64,000 nucleotides of DNA from Candidatus Moraniibacteriota bacterium (GCA_041583775.1 JBFHFF010000002.1:274-64273); one strand, 5' to 3'. Numbered from the stretch's first letter, positions 19,623 through 30,063 are shown. The notes: generated by a model from the letters alone, not told the origin. Numbers and translations: made by a program.

Positions 19623-21224
19623 ATGCATGATTTCAATATTAGAATGATCAAAACAACTATTGTTTTAACGGTTTTCTCAATTGTTGTCATTATGATAAGT
19701 GGAATGAAAATGTTAGAAAACAACTACTATTGGAGAAATCAATATTTTCTAATGCAACTTGATTATGCAAAAAACAAATTAGCTTTTTTTGAATATAAAA
19801 ACAACGGATGGTTGGGCTGGACAAAAAATAAAAAATCAGACAATAGTGACTTAAGTCTACAATCCAAAAATGAAACTGGCTCAATCCCAATTCTTTTATA
19901 TCATGGTGTCATCAAAGACAAAAAATGGAAACCTGATGAAGTAAATGTTAGTTTAGAAGATTTTAGAGAGCATATGTTTGCTCTTAAAAAAGCTGGCTAT
20001 CAAACAATTAGCATTGCGGACTATATCGCTTTTTCTAAAAAAGAAAAAGCCTTGCCACCAAAAGTTTTTTTACTAACTTTTGATGATGGACGGAAGGATA
20101 GCTACTATCCTGTTGATCCGATCCTGAGAGCATTAGGGTTCACTGCTGTGATGCATATTATCACTGGAAGATCTTTGGGTGAAAAAAACAGCGATGGAGT
20201 TTTTCATCTTTCGGAATTAGAACTTGAAAAAATGATTGATAGCGGTCGCTGGGAGATGGAATCACATGGCAAAGAAGATCATGGGATGGAAATTATCAAT
20301 GCACAAGGAGATAAGGGACATTTTTTAAGCAATAAGTTATGGCTTGAAAAAGAAAGTAGATTAGAAACGAAACTTGAATATGAAAATAGAATCAAAAAAG
20401 ACCTATTGGAATCAAAAAATGAATTAGAAAAAAAACTAGAAATTTCAACGCTAGCGTTTGCATACCCTTTTGGAGACCACGGACAAGCCAGTGTTAATTT
20501 CCCAGAAAGTGATGAATTTTTAGTCCCAACAGCTAATGCCATTTTTCCTGTCACATTTTATCAAGCGGGTAGTAGCGAATTTCCAGTAAATTATCCCGGA
20601 GAGGGTTATTCTCTTACAAAAAGAATCAATGTGAATTCTGATGTTTCAGCCACAAAACTCCTATGGATAATGGAGAAAACACAAAACAAATCGCTTGATT
20701 ATCAAGATGATTTTTCAACTAATAACGGTTGGATGCCTGGTTGGGGACTGATCAGCGTTGCAAGAAATACTTTAGCTATTAGCCCCACAAAAACTGAAGA
20801 TAGTGCACTTACTTTTTTAGGAGGATCTTATTTATGGGAAGATTATCTTTTCGAAGCTGATGTGAGAATAAAAAACGGCAATGCATTTACTTTGAACGGC
20901 AGGTATAAAGATGGAAATAATTACATATCCTGCAATTACTATACTAATCGCATTGTTTTACAGCAAAGAGTAGCCGGCGCAAATAGCGAAGAAATTGAAG
21001 ATTCATTACCAACCAATTTAAGTAGTTCCAAGAAAATTAGAGTAGGGATTTCAATAATAGACAACACCGCTAGTTGTTTCTTGAACGGAAAAAAAATAAT
21101 AACTGGAGAAATTAATACAAAATCAAATCATGGCGGAATAAGTTTTGATGTCTGGAGTTCAATTCCAAACAAAAAAGCATTTTTATTCGTCAACGATTTA
21201 AAAGTATCTAAAATTTCGAAGTAA
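19623..21224 (+). CDS. Polysaccharide deacetylase (CE4, IcaB/PgaB-like) with C-terminal beta-sandwich
   Basis: IPILLYHG, LLTFDDG, MESHG, AFAYPFG; N-terminal anchor. Confidence 0.85.
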   Translation: MHDFNIRMIKTTIVLTVFSIVVIMISGMKMLENNYYWRNQYFLMQLDYAKNKLAFFEYKNNGWLGWTKNKKSDNSDLSLQSKNETGSIPILLYHGVIKDKKWKPDEVNVSLEDFREHMFALKKAGYQTISIADYIAFSKKEKALPPKVFLLTFDDGRKDSYYPVDPILRALGFTAVMHIITGRSLGEKNSDGVFHLSELELEKMIDSGRWEMESHGKEDHGMEIINAQGDKGHFLSNKLWLEKESRLETKLEYENRIKKDLLESKNELEKKLEISTLAFAYPFGDHGQASVNFPESDEFLVPTANAIFPVTFYQAGSSEFPVNYPGEGYSLTKRINVNSDVSATKLLWIMEKTQNKSLDYQDDFSTNNGWMPGWGLISVARNTLAISPTKTEDSALTFLGGSYLWEDYLFEADVRIKNGNAFTLNGRYKDGNNYISCNYYTNRIVLQQRVAGANSEEIEDSLPTNLSSSKKIRVGISIIDNTASCFLNGKKIITGEINTKSNHGGISFDVWSSIPNKKAFLFVNDLKVSKISK

Positions 21225-21361
21225 TCTATTGCTTGAATAAATCACAATTTTAGTTCAAAATATAAATAGGGAAATTTAAATCTATTTTTTTAGTTTTTCA
21301 ATCAACAGTAAAAAATATTGAAATTTACTAGCTATTATTTTATCAATGACTTTATTTGTCA

Positions 21362-22423
21362 ATGAAGGAAAAAGAAACAAAAATCATCGAACAAAAAACA
21401 ACACTTCGGGATATTAAAAAAAAGGATCTCGCTGTGCAAACAAAAAAAACTTCTATTAGAAATAAATCCTTTAGAAATAAATTTTTTTTAAAGTTGTTTA
21501 TATTAGTTATCCCAGTAATATCTTTAGCTTTGTATATGGCTTTTTTGTTTATTTCAAACAAAGATGATAGTATCATAACCTCCCAAGAACTAAATAAAAA
21601 ATTTTCATACTATACACATAAAATTAAAAATTCACTTTCTTTTTCAAACATTTATTTAGACGAAAATGATATTTCCACTAAAAAAACTGACAGTGAATTA
21701 GAGCTTCCAAGAGAAACACTTGAGGAAAGCTCTACAATGGAAAAAAGTAAAAATAAAAATTGGTGGTTAAATTCTGGAGGTATTATGTATTTTCAAGAAA
21801 ATGGATTCAGTACTAATATTGGATCTCTTTCGGAAGATTCTATTTGGAGAAAATTATATGCAAAAAGCAACCCACGAGATACAGATAACGGCTGCTTCCC
21901 ACAAAATATTTTTCGTTTAGTAAATAAACAAAAATTCAAAAATTTTTCTCAATCAGTATACTTTGATATAAAAAAAATAAATTTAAGCGAGAGTGAATAT
22001 CGAAACGAATCAAATGGCGTGTTGCTTTTCAATCGTTATCAAGACGGAGACAATCTATATTATACTGGTATAAGAGTTGATGGACATATTGTTGTTAAGA
22101 AAAAAATAGATGGCGATTACTTTACTATGATTGAAAAAAATATTTTCAAAAATAAAAATAAATATGATAAGGAAAACAACCCAAATCTTATCCCTCAAAA
22201 CAGCTGGATTGGAATTAAAAGCCAACTGATAAATACCGATTCTGACGAAGTCGAAATCAAGGTTTTTGTTGATTTTGGTGAGGGAAAGTGGGAATTAGTT
22301 GTTGAAACAATAGACAGAGAAGATAAATATGGTAATACACCATTCCTAGAAAAGGGCTTTGTAGGAATCAGAACTGACTTTATGGATGTAAATTTTAAAA
22401 ACTACACCATAGAAAATAAATAA
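21362..22423 (+). CDS. Membrane-anchored hypothetical protein, probable concanavalin/lectin fold
   Basis: Single TM; RYQDGDNLYY and GFVGIRTDF resemble the RYKDGNNY/GGISF of the deacetylase C-domain. Confidence 0.7.
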   Translation: MKEKETKIIEQKTTLRDIKKKDLAVQTKKTSIRNKSFRNKFFLKLFILVIPVISLALYMAFLFISNKDDSIITSQELNKKFSYYTHKIKNSLSFSNIYLDENDISTKKTDSELELPRETLEESSTMEKSKNKNWWLNSGGIMYFQENGFSTNIGSLSEDSIWRKLYAKSNPRDTDNGCFPQNIFRLVNKQKFKNFSQSVYFDIKKINLSESEYRNESNGVLLFNRYQDGDNLYYTGIRVDGHIVVKKKIDGDYFTMIEKNIFKNKNKYDKENNPNLIPQNSWIGIKSQLINTDSDEVEIKVFVDFGEGKWELVVETIDREDKYGNTPFLEKGFVGIRTDFMDVNFKNYTIENK

Positions 22424-22459
22424 CATTTCATTCCCAAAAAATACAATAAAAATAAAAAT

Positions 22460-23245
22460 TTACTTTTTAAAAAAAATAAACACACTACCTAAAAAAATAA
22501 ATGATAAATAAAACATCGGATAAAATAAAAAAGGCATATCAAATGTTTCTGGTGGTACTCTCAAAAAATTATTTACCAACCTAAAGAAAGAAAAACTCGT
22601 AGCAAAAATCAGAAAAGCAATTCCTGACTTCACTTGCTTTTTAATTAACCAAAAAGCAAGTGTCGATCCCAGCAAAGCTGCGAATAATTCATAAAGCTGA
22701 GTTGGATGTACAGCGACAGGACCACTTAAAAATCCCAAAGGATAATTGGCCATTTGATGAATATGCGCCCTACTGAGGTCGGGGAAATTAACACCCCAAG
22801 GAACTGTAGTTGCTTTACCGAAACAACAACCATTTAAAAAACATCCTACTCGCATCAAAGCAATAGCAAACCCCAAAAAGATTGCAGTACTGTCAGCCAT
22901 TTTCCAAACATTTAATTTAACAATTCTACAATACAAATAACCTAGTGGCACTGCCAAAACTGCTCCAAAGACTGAGAATCCTTGTAACTTAAAAGACCAA
23001 AGTCTTTGCAAATTTTCTGCATAAAAATCCCAATTAACCAAGCCATTTAGGGCTCTAGCCCCCAAAATGCCCGCCGACACCAAAACCATCAAACAACCAA
23101 AAACTTTTTTACTATTCAATTTCATTTGGCGCGTAGCAAAAAAATAACCTCCAGACAAAAATACGAAAAGAGCCAACCAAAAAAACATTGCATAGGCACT
23201 TATATCAACTGGGTAGATAAATTTAAAAGAAAAATTTGGATACAT
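22460..23245 (-). CDS. lgt: Prolipoprotein diacylglyceryl transferase
   Basis: GAR, RVGCFLNGCCFG, PWGV.FP, HPTQLYE. Confidence 0.85.
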   Translation of the reverse strand: MYPNFSFKFIYPVDISAYAMFFWLALFVFLSGGYFFATRQMKLNSKKVFGCLMVLVSAGILGARALNGLVNWDFYAENLQRLWSFKLQGFSVFGAVLAVPLGYLYCRIVKLNVWKMADSTAIFLGFAIALMRVGCFLNGCCFGKATTVPWGVNFPDLSRAHIHQMANYPLGFLSGPVAVHPTQLYELFAALLGSTLAFWLIKKQVKSGIAFLIFATSFSFFRLVNNFLRVPPETFDMPFLFYPMFYLSFIFLGSVFIFFKK

Positions 23246-23274
23246 TTTTCAATTTAATTATACAAAATTCGGTG

Positions 23275-25326
23275 CTATTTTCCTTTCTTTAAACTCACGG
23301 AAGCTGTTATTTTTGCCTTACCTTCTTCATAAGATATTACCACTGTTCCTTCTGCTGAATAACCTCCCTCATTTTCACTAATTACTAAATTCATATTTCC
23401 AGTAGCTCCTTTTTCAGATATTGGTGCAGAAATAACTCCACCTTGATAAGAAAAAGTAGAGCTCCGCTTTTCATCTCCTGCTCCATAGCTTATAATTCCA
23501 GAATTTTCTCCACTTGGAGAAATATTGATAGAAAATGGATTTGCTTGACCTATTAAATCTTCAAGGTTCATACTAAAATCACACTCTCCTTCTTCAGAGT
23601 CTTTTTTCTCTGTATTATTTTCAGATTTTTGTTTTAAATCTTCAGAAACATACACATCAGTGATTGTTATGGCTCCTCCCCAATCACCTTTTAAATTTTC
23701 AAGATCTGGATAAGGATTGATTCCAAAATTACTCTGCAAATATTCTTTGTATTTTTCTTTTCCATCAGGTTTCGAAAAATAAATACTTGCTCCCAATGCT
23801 ATACTTTTTGATGTTATAGCACCTTCTTTGAGAGTTACATCTTTATCCAAAACTTCAGTTTTTTTTGTATCTCTAATCATTTTTTTAGCAAAATGATTAA
23901 GCAATTCTAATTTCTGTTCAAATTCCGTATCCTTTCCCAACTCATCACGATTAAACATACCTTTTTCCTTAAAGGCTTTCATTAAAATCCTGAGTTGATT
24001 CTCGGCCTTTTCTATTTCCTCATCTTTTTTCGCTCTTTCCTCAAATTGCTTACGATATTTCTCTTTTAATGAGGCACGCATCAACTCTTCCTGCTTTTCT
24101 GTTAACTCTGGCATCCCAGCATCTTCTCTATATCCATTTTCTTTTTTAATCATCTCTAGCTCAAGCTGACGACGCACTCCACGCATTTGAAGCCAAACCC
24201 CATTAAAATCTCCGGGGTCAACATTATACCCCCAAAAAACTCCATCTGCTCCTTTTTTATATGCTTCATAGGCAGCTTCTACTTCAGAGTTTTTCCAGCT
24301 CTGAATCTGGTAATCCACCATTTCCACAGCAATTTTTCCAGCTGTAGTAATTAAAAATTTATCAGCAATTTGCTCACCAATTATTTTCGCCGCCTCCTTA
24401 TATTGTCCCTCTGCTGCATATCCAGCAGCTTGACTAACTTTGGCAATATCATCTGCCGAACCAACTACATCTCCTAACGCTTTAGAAAAAATTGATTCAG
24501 GAACATTTTCTGCGATTTTCTCACCCGCCAATAATGCCAATTTCTGACTTGCATCAGCAGTATTGCCTTTTTGATATTCGTCATAAATATCTTTATAACT
24601 ATCAGAATTTAACAATTCGCTCATTACCTTTCCTCTAGAACTTTCATCGGTAATACCCATTTTAACCATAATCATATCAGTAATTTGGCTTGCGACATTG
24701 TCCATTTCATTATTAATCTGATCTCGCAACACATTGTCTACGGCCTGTGAATGAATCCAGTCTTCTGTGATTTTAGTTTCATCTTTAATTTTGACAGGGC
24801 CAAGCAAACTAAAATGATATGTTTCGAAAGTTATAAATCCTTTTTCCTTATCAACTTCAGTTGATTTTACATAATCCCATTTCTCTCCATCATAATAAGC
24901 AACTCTTACTTGATAAATCCCTTCTTCTTTTGGAAGTTCATTTGGATCAAATTTAAAAGTAATTATTGCTTTTTCATTCATCCTTTTATTTTCACCAGCA
25001 GAAATATCAATTGGTGATCCTAATGGCTCCATTATATCACCATTATAATCTGGCACTTCTGTGGGATTAGCAAGGGACACTTCCGCATTCTCATCAAACG
25101 AACCACCTGAAACAACAAAAGAGACTTTATTATCGTCTAAGCTTCCTAAAATTAAATCTTCTTTATTATTACTAATGCCTTTAATATTATCAGGAATTGT
25201 TTTCTCAAAATTCCATTTAGTTTTCGCGACACTTTTATCCTCCAAATTATTTTTATCTTTTTTGCCACATCCGAAAAAAAACATACATGCAAGAAAAACA
25301 CCAATCAAGAGAGTGATTTTTTTCAT
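23275..25326 (-). CDS. Large lipoprotein with ZU5-like domain (HFS motif)
   Basis: FFFGC lipobox; VAYYDGEKW...VD...ITFETYHFS; long helical region; beta-rich C-terminus. Confidence 0.75.
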   Translation of the reverse strand: MKKITLLIGVFLACMFFFGCGKKDKNNLEDKSVAKTKWNFEKTIPDNIKGISNNKEDLILGSLDDNKVSFVVSGGSFDENAEVSLANPTEVPDYNGDIMEPLGSPIDISAGENKRMNEKAIITFKFDPNELPKEEGIYQVRVAYYDGEKWDYVKSTEVDKEKGFITFETYHFSLLGPVKIKDETKITEDWIHSQAVDNVLRDQINNEMDNVASQITDMIMVKMGITDESSRGKVMSELLNSDSYKDIYDEYQKGNTADASQKLALLAGEKIAENVPESIFSKALGDVVGSADDIAKVSQAAGYAAEGQYKEAAKIIGEQIADKFLITTAGKIAVEMVDYQIQSWKNSEVEAAYEAYKKGADGVFWGYNVDPGDFNGVWLQMRGVRRQLELEMIKKENGYREDAGMPELTEKQEELMRASLKEKYRKQFEERAKKDEEIEKAENQLRILMKAFKEKGMFNRDELGKDTEFEQKLELLNHFAKKMIRDTKKTEVLDKDVTLKEGAITSKSIALGASIYFSKPDGKEKYKEYLQSNFGINPYPDLENLKGDWGGAITITDVYVSEDLKQKSENNTEKKDSEEGECDFSMNLEDLIGQANPFSINISPSGENSGIISYGAGDEKRSSTFSYQGGVISAPISEKGATGNMNLVISENEGGYSAEGTVVISYEEGKAKITASVSLKKGK

Positions 25327-25434
25327 AAATATTTTTTATTATTTAAATTAAAAGTTCCTATCTATAACCTATTTTAATTTATTTTATGAATTTTTGGAAG
25401 AATGTATTTTTTATAGGCGTTCTTTATTCAACTC

Positions 25435-25466
25435 AAAAACACCGCTCGATTAGAAGCGGTGTTTTT
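25435..25466. terminator. Intrinsic terminator after peroxiredoxin
   Basis: AAAAACACCGCT-N8-AGCGGTGTTTTT. Confidence 0.8.
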
Positions 25467-25488
25467 ATTAAAAGAACTATGTCTAAAA

Positions 25489-26145
25489 CTAGCTATTTTT
25501 CTTAGTGCAAAGATACCAATCATGACAAGTATAGTCTTTGTTAGACTCATTTTTAACAGCATCGTCCATTGAAGCTGCTGGAGGAATAATTACATCGTCC
25601 CCAAAACGAGAATTCTTAGGCCAAGATTCTGGCGTTGCAACTTTATCATTATATGTTTTTTGTAGAGCCTTAACTAAGCGTAAAATTTCTTTAATGTCTC
25701 TTCCGTTACTAAGAGGATAGTAGATCATTGCAGATATTTTTCCCTCAGGATTCACCACAAACACAGCACGCACAGCTACACTGGAGTCAATTGCATGAAT
25801 CATTCCATATAGATGTGCTACTTGTGGACCAGCAATAATCGGAAACTTAATATCAACATCAAAATTCTTCTTAATGTTACGAACCCATTCAATATGAGAA
25901 TGAATTCCATCAACTGAATATCCTAGCAATTCTGTGTTAATTTTCAAGAATTCACTATGCAGGTCTTGAAATCCTAAAAATTCAGTTGTGCAAACTGGTG
26001 TGAAATCAGCTGGATGTGAAAAAAGTACCGTCCACTTTCCCTTAAAATCCTCCGGAAAAGATACTGATCCGTGTGTTGTTTGTGCTTTAAAATGTGGTGC
26101 ATCCTCACCAATTAGTGGCATGCGAAAACCTTCTATTCCTTGCAT
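25489..26145 (-). CDS. Peroxiredoxin (Prx6/archaeal-type)
   Basis: FSHPADFTPVCTTEF, YYPLSNGR, C-terminal CHDWYLC. Confidence 0.92.
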   Translation of the reverse strand: MQGIEGFRMPLIGEDAPHFKAQTTHGSVSFPEDFKGKWTVLFSHPADFTPVCTTEFLGFQDLHSEFLKINTELLGYSVDGIHSHIEWVRNIKKNFDVDIKFPIIAGPQVAHLYGMIHAIDSSVAVRAVFVVNPEGKISAMIYYPLSNGRDIKEILRLVKALQKTYNDKVATPESWPKNSRFGDDVIIPPAASMDDAVKNESNKDYTCHDWYLCTKKNS

Positions 26146-26167
26146 AAATTTTGTATTATTATATTAT

Positions 26168-26194
26168 TAGTAATGATAATGATTATCATTACTA
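26168..26194. promoter_or_regulatory. Fur-box palindrome (13-1-13)
   Basis: TAGTAATGATAAT-G-ATTATCATTACTA between prx and the divergent Fur-family gene. Confidence 0.85.
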
Positions 26195-26199
26195 TATTA

Positions 26200-26229
26200 A
26201 ATTTAGCACATTGTGCTAAACTATGTCAA
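26200..26229 (-). promoter_or_regulatory. Peroxiredoxin promoter containing a second palindrome
   Basis: Minus strand TTGACA-N18-TAAATT; TTTAGCACA-T-TGTGCTAAA at 26202..26220. Confidence 0.6.
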
Positions 26230-26272
26230 TAAAGAAAATTTAAACAGCTCGATAATCGAATGAATAAAGCCT

Positions 26273-26641
26273 ATGAGACCAAAAATATATAATGAAGAAA
26301 TTGTAAAACTTTGCAAATACAAACACTACACCGCAATAAAAATAATTCAGCTTCTTCAAAAAAAATATCCCACCGTTGGACAAGCAACAGTGTACAGAAC
26401 GCTAAATTTTTTAGTCTCAGAAGGACTGCTTAGAAAAATAAAAGGAGTCAACTCCTGCGCATATTATGAAACTTCAATTGGAAATCATGGTCATGCCATC
26501 GACAAAAAAACTGGCAAGATTTATGATTTTGAACTTCCAAAAAATCTTCTTGAAACATTAAATATTCCTCCAAAATTTAATGTTTCAAATGCTGATATAA
26601 AGATTTACGGAAGCATAGAAACTTGCAAAAACCAAAAATAA
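26273..26641 (+). CDS. Fur/PerR-family regulator
   Basis: HYTA, ATVYRTL, HGH; lacks CxxC pairs. Confidence 0.85.
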   Translation: MRPKIYNEEIVKLCKYKHYTAIKIIQLLQKKYPTVGQATVYRTLNFLVSEGLLRKIKGVNSCAYYETSIGNHGHAIDKKTGKIYDFELPKNLLETLNIPPKFNVSNADIKIYGSIETCKNQK

Positions 26642-26730
26642 AATAGGCATTAAATTTATTATTTCAAAAAAATACCCACCAATTAAAAATTGCTACCTCT
26701 AATTCAAAATGCACTGCTTTTAAAAAATCT

Positions 26731-29700
26731 TTAAAAAACAGATCTATCGTATTCATCTCGCATCATTTTATAATAAACCGTCGGAATAAAGAAAAGCATA
26801 ATTATACCAGAAAAGCTTAGTCCTGCAATAATTGCTCCCCCGAGTCCCTGCCAAAGAGGGTCACTGAGCGTGATGGGTGTCAATCCCACAATGGTGGTCA
26901 AGGAAGAGAGTAAAATTGGTTCCAACCTACTAGAAGCACCCTCAACAACAGAGGTGTGAAAGTCCATTCCTGATTTTCGATTTGCATTTATTTGCGAAAT
27001 AATAATAATTGCGTTATTAACAACAATTCCAAATAAAGCCAACACTCCAATCAATGCCGGAAAAGAAAGTGTTATTCCAAAAATTCCAAACATCACAAAT
27101 ACTCCACTAATCGCTAAAGGAATTGTCAAAAGCACGATTACTGCTTTACGATAAGAGTTCAAAATGACTATCAGTGTAAGAAATATCAAAATTGCCGCTA
27201 ATCCCATTCCCTGGATAATAGATGCCACTGAATCATTATTTTGTTCATTAGCCCCACCGCTTCGCCAACTATAACCAGTTGGTAAAGACATTTGATTGTC
27301 AATAATCTCACCGATTTGTTTATTAAGTTCCACCGCGTTTGTTTCTCCCACTGCACTCGCAGATAGTGTTATTGTGCGCTCATAATCTTCTCTTTTAATT
27401 TCAGACACATTCTCCTTGAGAGCTATAGTACCCAAAGAATCTAATGACACTGCCTGATTTCCATTTCCAGAAATGCGCACCCTTCCCAAATCTAAAAGGG
27501 ATGCATCTTCACTGTTAACACGCATAACTATATCTCTGTCTTGCTCAAGATCATCGAATTCAATGTCTTCTGCTATAGTGCTACCATTTGTTAATAATCT
27601 GAGTTCATTAGAAATTTGAAAATTAGAAAATCCCTCTCTGGCTAATTGATAATCGTCAGGTACAAAAACTATAGCAGCCGCAGCTGATTCTGGAGAGATA
27701 CTAATATTCTCTACAGGCAATTTTTTAATTTTTTCTTTCAATTCACTGGCTAAATCGGTAAGTTCTTTAATATTATCACCGCTAAAAACAATGGTTACAT
27801 CAGCTCCTGCGGGTGGTCCACCAGCCAATTCTAAAACCGAAACTTTCCCTTGAGTATTATTTTTTACAATTTCCAAAGTTCGCACATCTTCAGCCACAAC
27901 GCTAGATCCTCTTCCTCCATCTTCTTTCAGAGGAGCCTTAACCGTAAATAGTGCTTTATTCTCTCCTGCAGAAGAAACCCTTCCCTCTGCTCCTACTTCA
28001 TAACCTATTTGCAAAGTACCATAATCTATCCCATCAACATTAGTTATTTGAGTTAGCACTTCTTTAGAAAATTTTTCAGTATCTACAGCGTTTTTTCCCT
28101 CTGGAAGCTCCAACGAAACATAAAAATATTCGTTATCTGCTCCTGGAAAAAATTCATTTTTTACGAAACCGCCTACTACCAAGCTAACTGCAAAAATAAA
28201 AAATGCAGTCACAATGCCGATAACCTTCCAAGACAAAGATCGTGATCTCAAAACATAATCCAAAGAATCGCGATATTTTTCCTGTAAAACGGTAATATCA
28301 ATAATGTTTTTATCTTCTTTTTTATCTAATTTTACTTGTGATCTCTTTTTACGAAAATTTTTGTACAAAACTGTTCCTGAATAAAGCATTATCATGGAAA
28401 GAACCCCAGCGAGAACTGACCAAACAAGTGATAATACTAAAAACTTTTGAATTGCAATAACGATTGCTACAAAAAATAATCCCGTTAAAAACAATCCTAC
28501 TCTTTTTGGAAGATTAAAATCAAAAATCCAAATCATAAAAGGCAAAATTACAAAAAATCCCACAAAAACAGAAGCTCCCAAAACAGCACTAACCACAATA
28601 GGAAGAGGTTTTATATATTCTCCGATAATTCCACCCGCCATAAGCAATGGAACAAAGGCCCAAACTGTGGTCAGAGTTGTAGCAATTAAAGTAACAAAAA
28701 AATCCCTAAAAACTAACATACCAGTTGTGTGTGCATCAAAAGAACCTTCTTTTTTATAGGTTGTCATAGCACTAATTATAACGATAGTTACATCCACTAA
28801 AAGTCCTAGGGATAACATTAATGCAAATAAAGACAAGAAGTTTACACTAATATCTGTTATCTTCATTGCAATAAATGCAATCGCATAAATAAGAGGGATC
28901 GACATTGAAGCTATTAATGCTTGCCTTTGACCAACAAATAATGTTAATGTCACGAAAACAAGCAATATTGTAATTGAAAGGTTTCCCATTAAGTCATTAA
29001 ACTGTTTGGTTAAATCGCTATTAACATTAGTTATTTCATAAAGACTAATTTGCCCTTCATTCTCTTTAATAAATTTATCAGCTATGCCCTGGGCCGCTTT
29101 GGCAGTTTCGGATAAATCTACCCCGCTTGTACCATACACATTTAAAGTGATACTCTTTTTTATACCCTGCTTGTTTCCTATATAAGCTGGTACATTCCCT
29201 GGTACAGGCTTTTCTGCAATAACTGCTATTTCGCCCAATGGCATTATTCTTCCACCCAAATCAATGGGTAACTGACGCAAATCATCCACTTTTCGAACAG
29301 AGGCATCAATAGAAAGTGACCTTTCAATTCCTTCTCTGCCCACGGTGCCACTAGGCAGAGTAGCTAGTGCAACCTTTATAGCATTCCTAATCGCATCCAT
29401 TTGCAAATTCAAGGCATTTATTTGCTCTGGAACTATAAGAATTTGAACTTCCTTCTTGGATTGACCAGCACTCTCCACTCGATCAATTGCTTGATCAGCC
29501 TCTAACTCATCAATTAATTTTTGCATCTGGGAGCTTAATGATGTGTCACTATTGCTTTCACTGGTAAAAGCCCATTGAACAATAGGGTAATCTTCAAAAT
29601 CAACCGCCTCAGATTTTGGATCAGTAGCATCTTCAGGCAAATCTCCCACAGAATTAAGAGCAGACTCCACATCAGAAAGAGCTTTATTTTTATCAACTCC

Positions 29701-30036
29701 CCTATCAAATGTCATTATAATAGAAGTAAATCCATCGCTAGCCCTGGATTCAATTTTGTCGATACCATCAACGCCTTTTAGCTCATTTTCAATAGGAATG
29801 GTTAAAAGTGTTTCAACATCTTCTGGCGTTGCGCCTGGAAGTGCAGCGCTAGCCACAATCATGGTTAATTTTATTTCTGGAGCTACAGTTTGAGGAGTAG
29901 TGTAATAGGCTGCCAATCCAGAAATAACAAGAGCCACTATCAAGAGAGAAACAATTCTCATGTTCTTTAAATAAGATTGAATCCCCTTAGGAATATCACT
30001 TTTGTTCCAAATAATATTTTTTAAATATTCGTTCAT
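26731..30036 (-). CDS. RND efflux permease (AcrB/D/F family)
   Basis: PGATPEDVE, GLLVD, GIVVNNAI, SRLEPILLSSLTT; 1101 aa. Confidence 0.92.
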   Translation of the reverse strand: MNEYLKNIIWNKSDIPKGIQSYLKNMRIVSLLIVALVISGLAAYYTTPQTVAPEIKLTMIVASAALPGATPEDVETLLTIPIENELKGVDGIDKIESRASDGFTSIIMTFDRGVDKNKALSDVESALNSVGDLPEDATDPKSEAVDFEDYPIVQWAFTSESNSDTSLSSQMQKLIDELEADQAIDRVESAGQSKKEVQILIVPEQINALNLQMDAIRNAIKVALATLPSGTVGREGIERSLSIDASVRKVDDLRQLPIDLGGRIMPLGEIAVIAEKPVPGNVPAYIGNKQGIKKSITLNVYGTSGVDLSETAKAAQGIADKFIKENEGQISLYEITNVNSDLTKQFNDLMGNLSITILLVFVTLTLFVGQRQALIASMSIPLIYAIAFIAMKITDISVNFLSLFALMLSLGLLVDVTIVIISAMTTYKKEGSFDAHTTGMLVFRDFFVTLIATTLTTVWAFVPLLMAGGIIGEYIKPLPIVVSAVLGASVFVGFFVILPFMIWIFDFNLPKRVGLFLTGLFFVAIVIAIQKFLVLSLVWSVLAGVLSMIMLYSGTVLYKNFRKKRSQVKLDKKEDKNIIDITVLQEKYRDSLDYVLRSRSLSWKVIGIVTAFFIFAVSLVVGGFVKNEFFPGADNEYFYVSLELPEGKNAVDTEKFSKEVLTQITNVDGIDYGTLQIGYEVGAEGRVSSAGENKALFTVKAPLKEDGGRGSSVVAEDVRTLEIVKNNTQGKVSVLELAGGPPAGADVTIVFSGDNIKELTDLASELKEKIKKLPVENISISPESAAAAIVFVPDDYQLAREGFSNFQISNELRLLTNGSTIAEDIEFDDLEQDRDIVMRVNSEDASLLDLGRVRISGNGNQAVSLDSLGTIALKENVSEIKREDYERTITLSASAVGETNAVELNKQIGEIIDNQMSLPTGYSWRSGGANEQNNDSVASIIQGMGLAAILIFLTLIVILNSYRKAVIVLLTIPLAISGVFVMFGIFGITLSFPALIGVLALFGIVVNNAIIIISQINANRKSGMDFHTSVVEGASSRLEPILLSSLTTIVGLTPITLSDPLWQGLGGAIIAGLSFSGIIMLFFIPTVYYKMMRDEYDRSVF

Positions 30037-30063
30037 AAAAATTTATTTAAATTTTTTTCGTTC

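Noticed and set aside
26202-26220. CIRCE element
   Set aside because: Arms resemble TTAGCAC, but the spacing is far shorter than CIRCE (9-9-9) and there are no chaperone genes nearby
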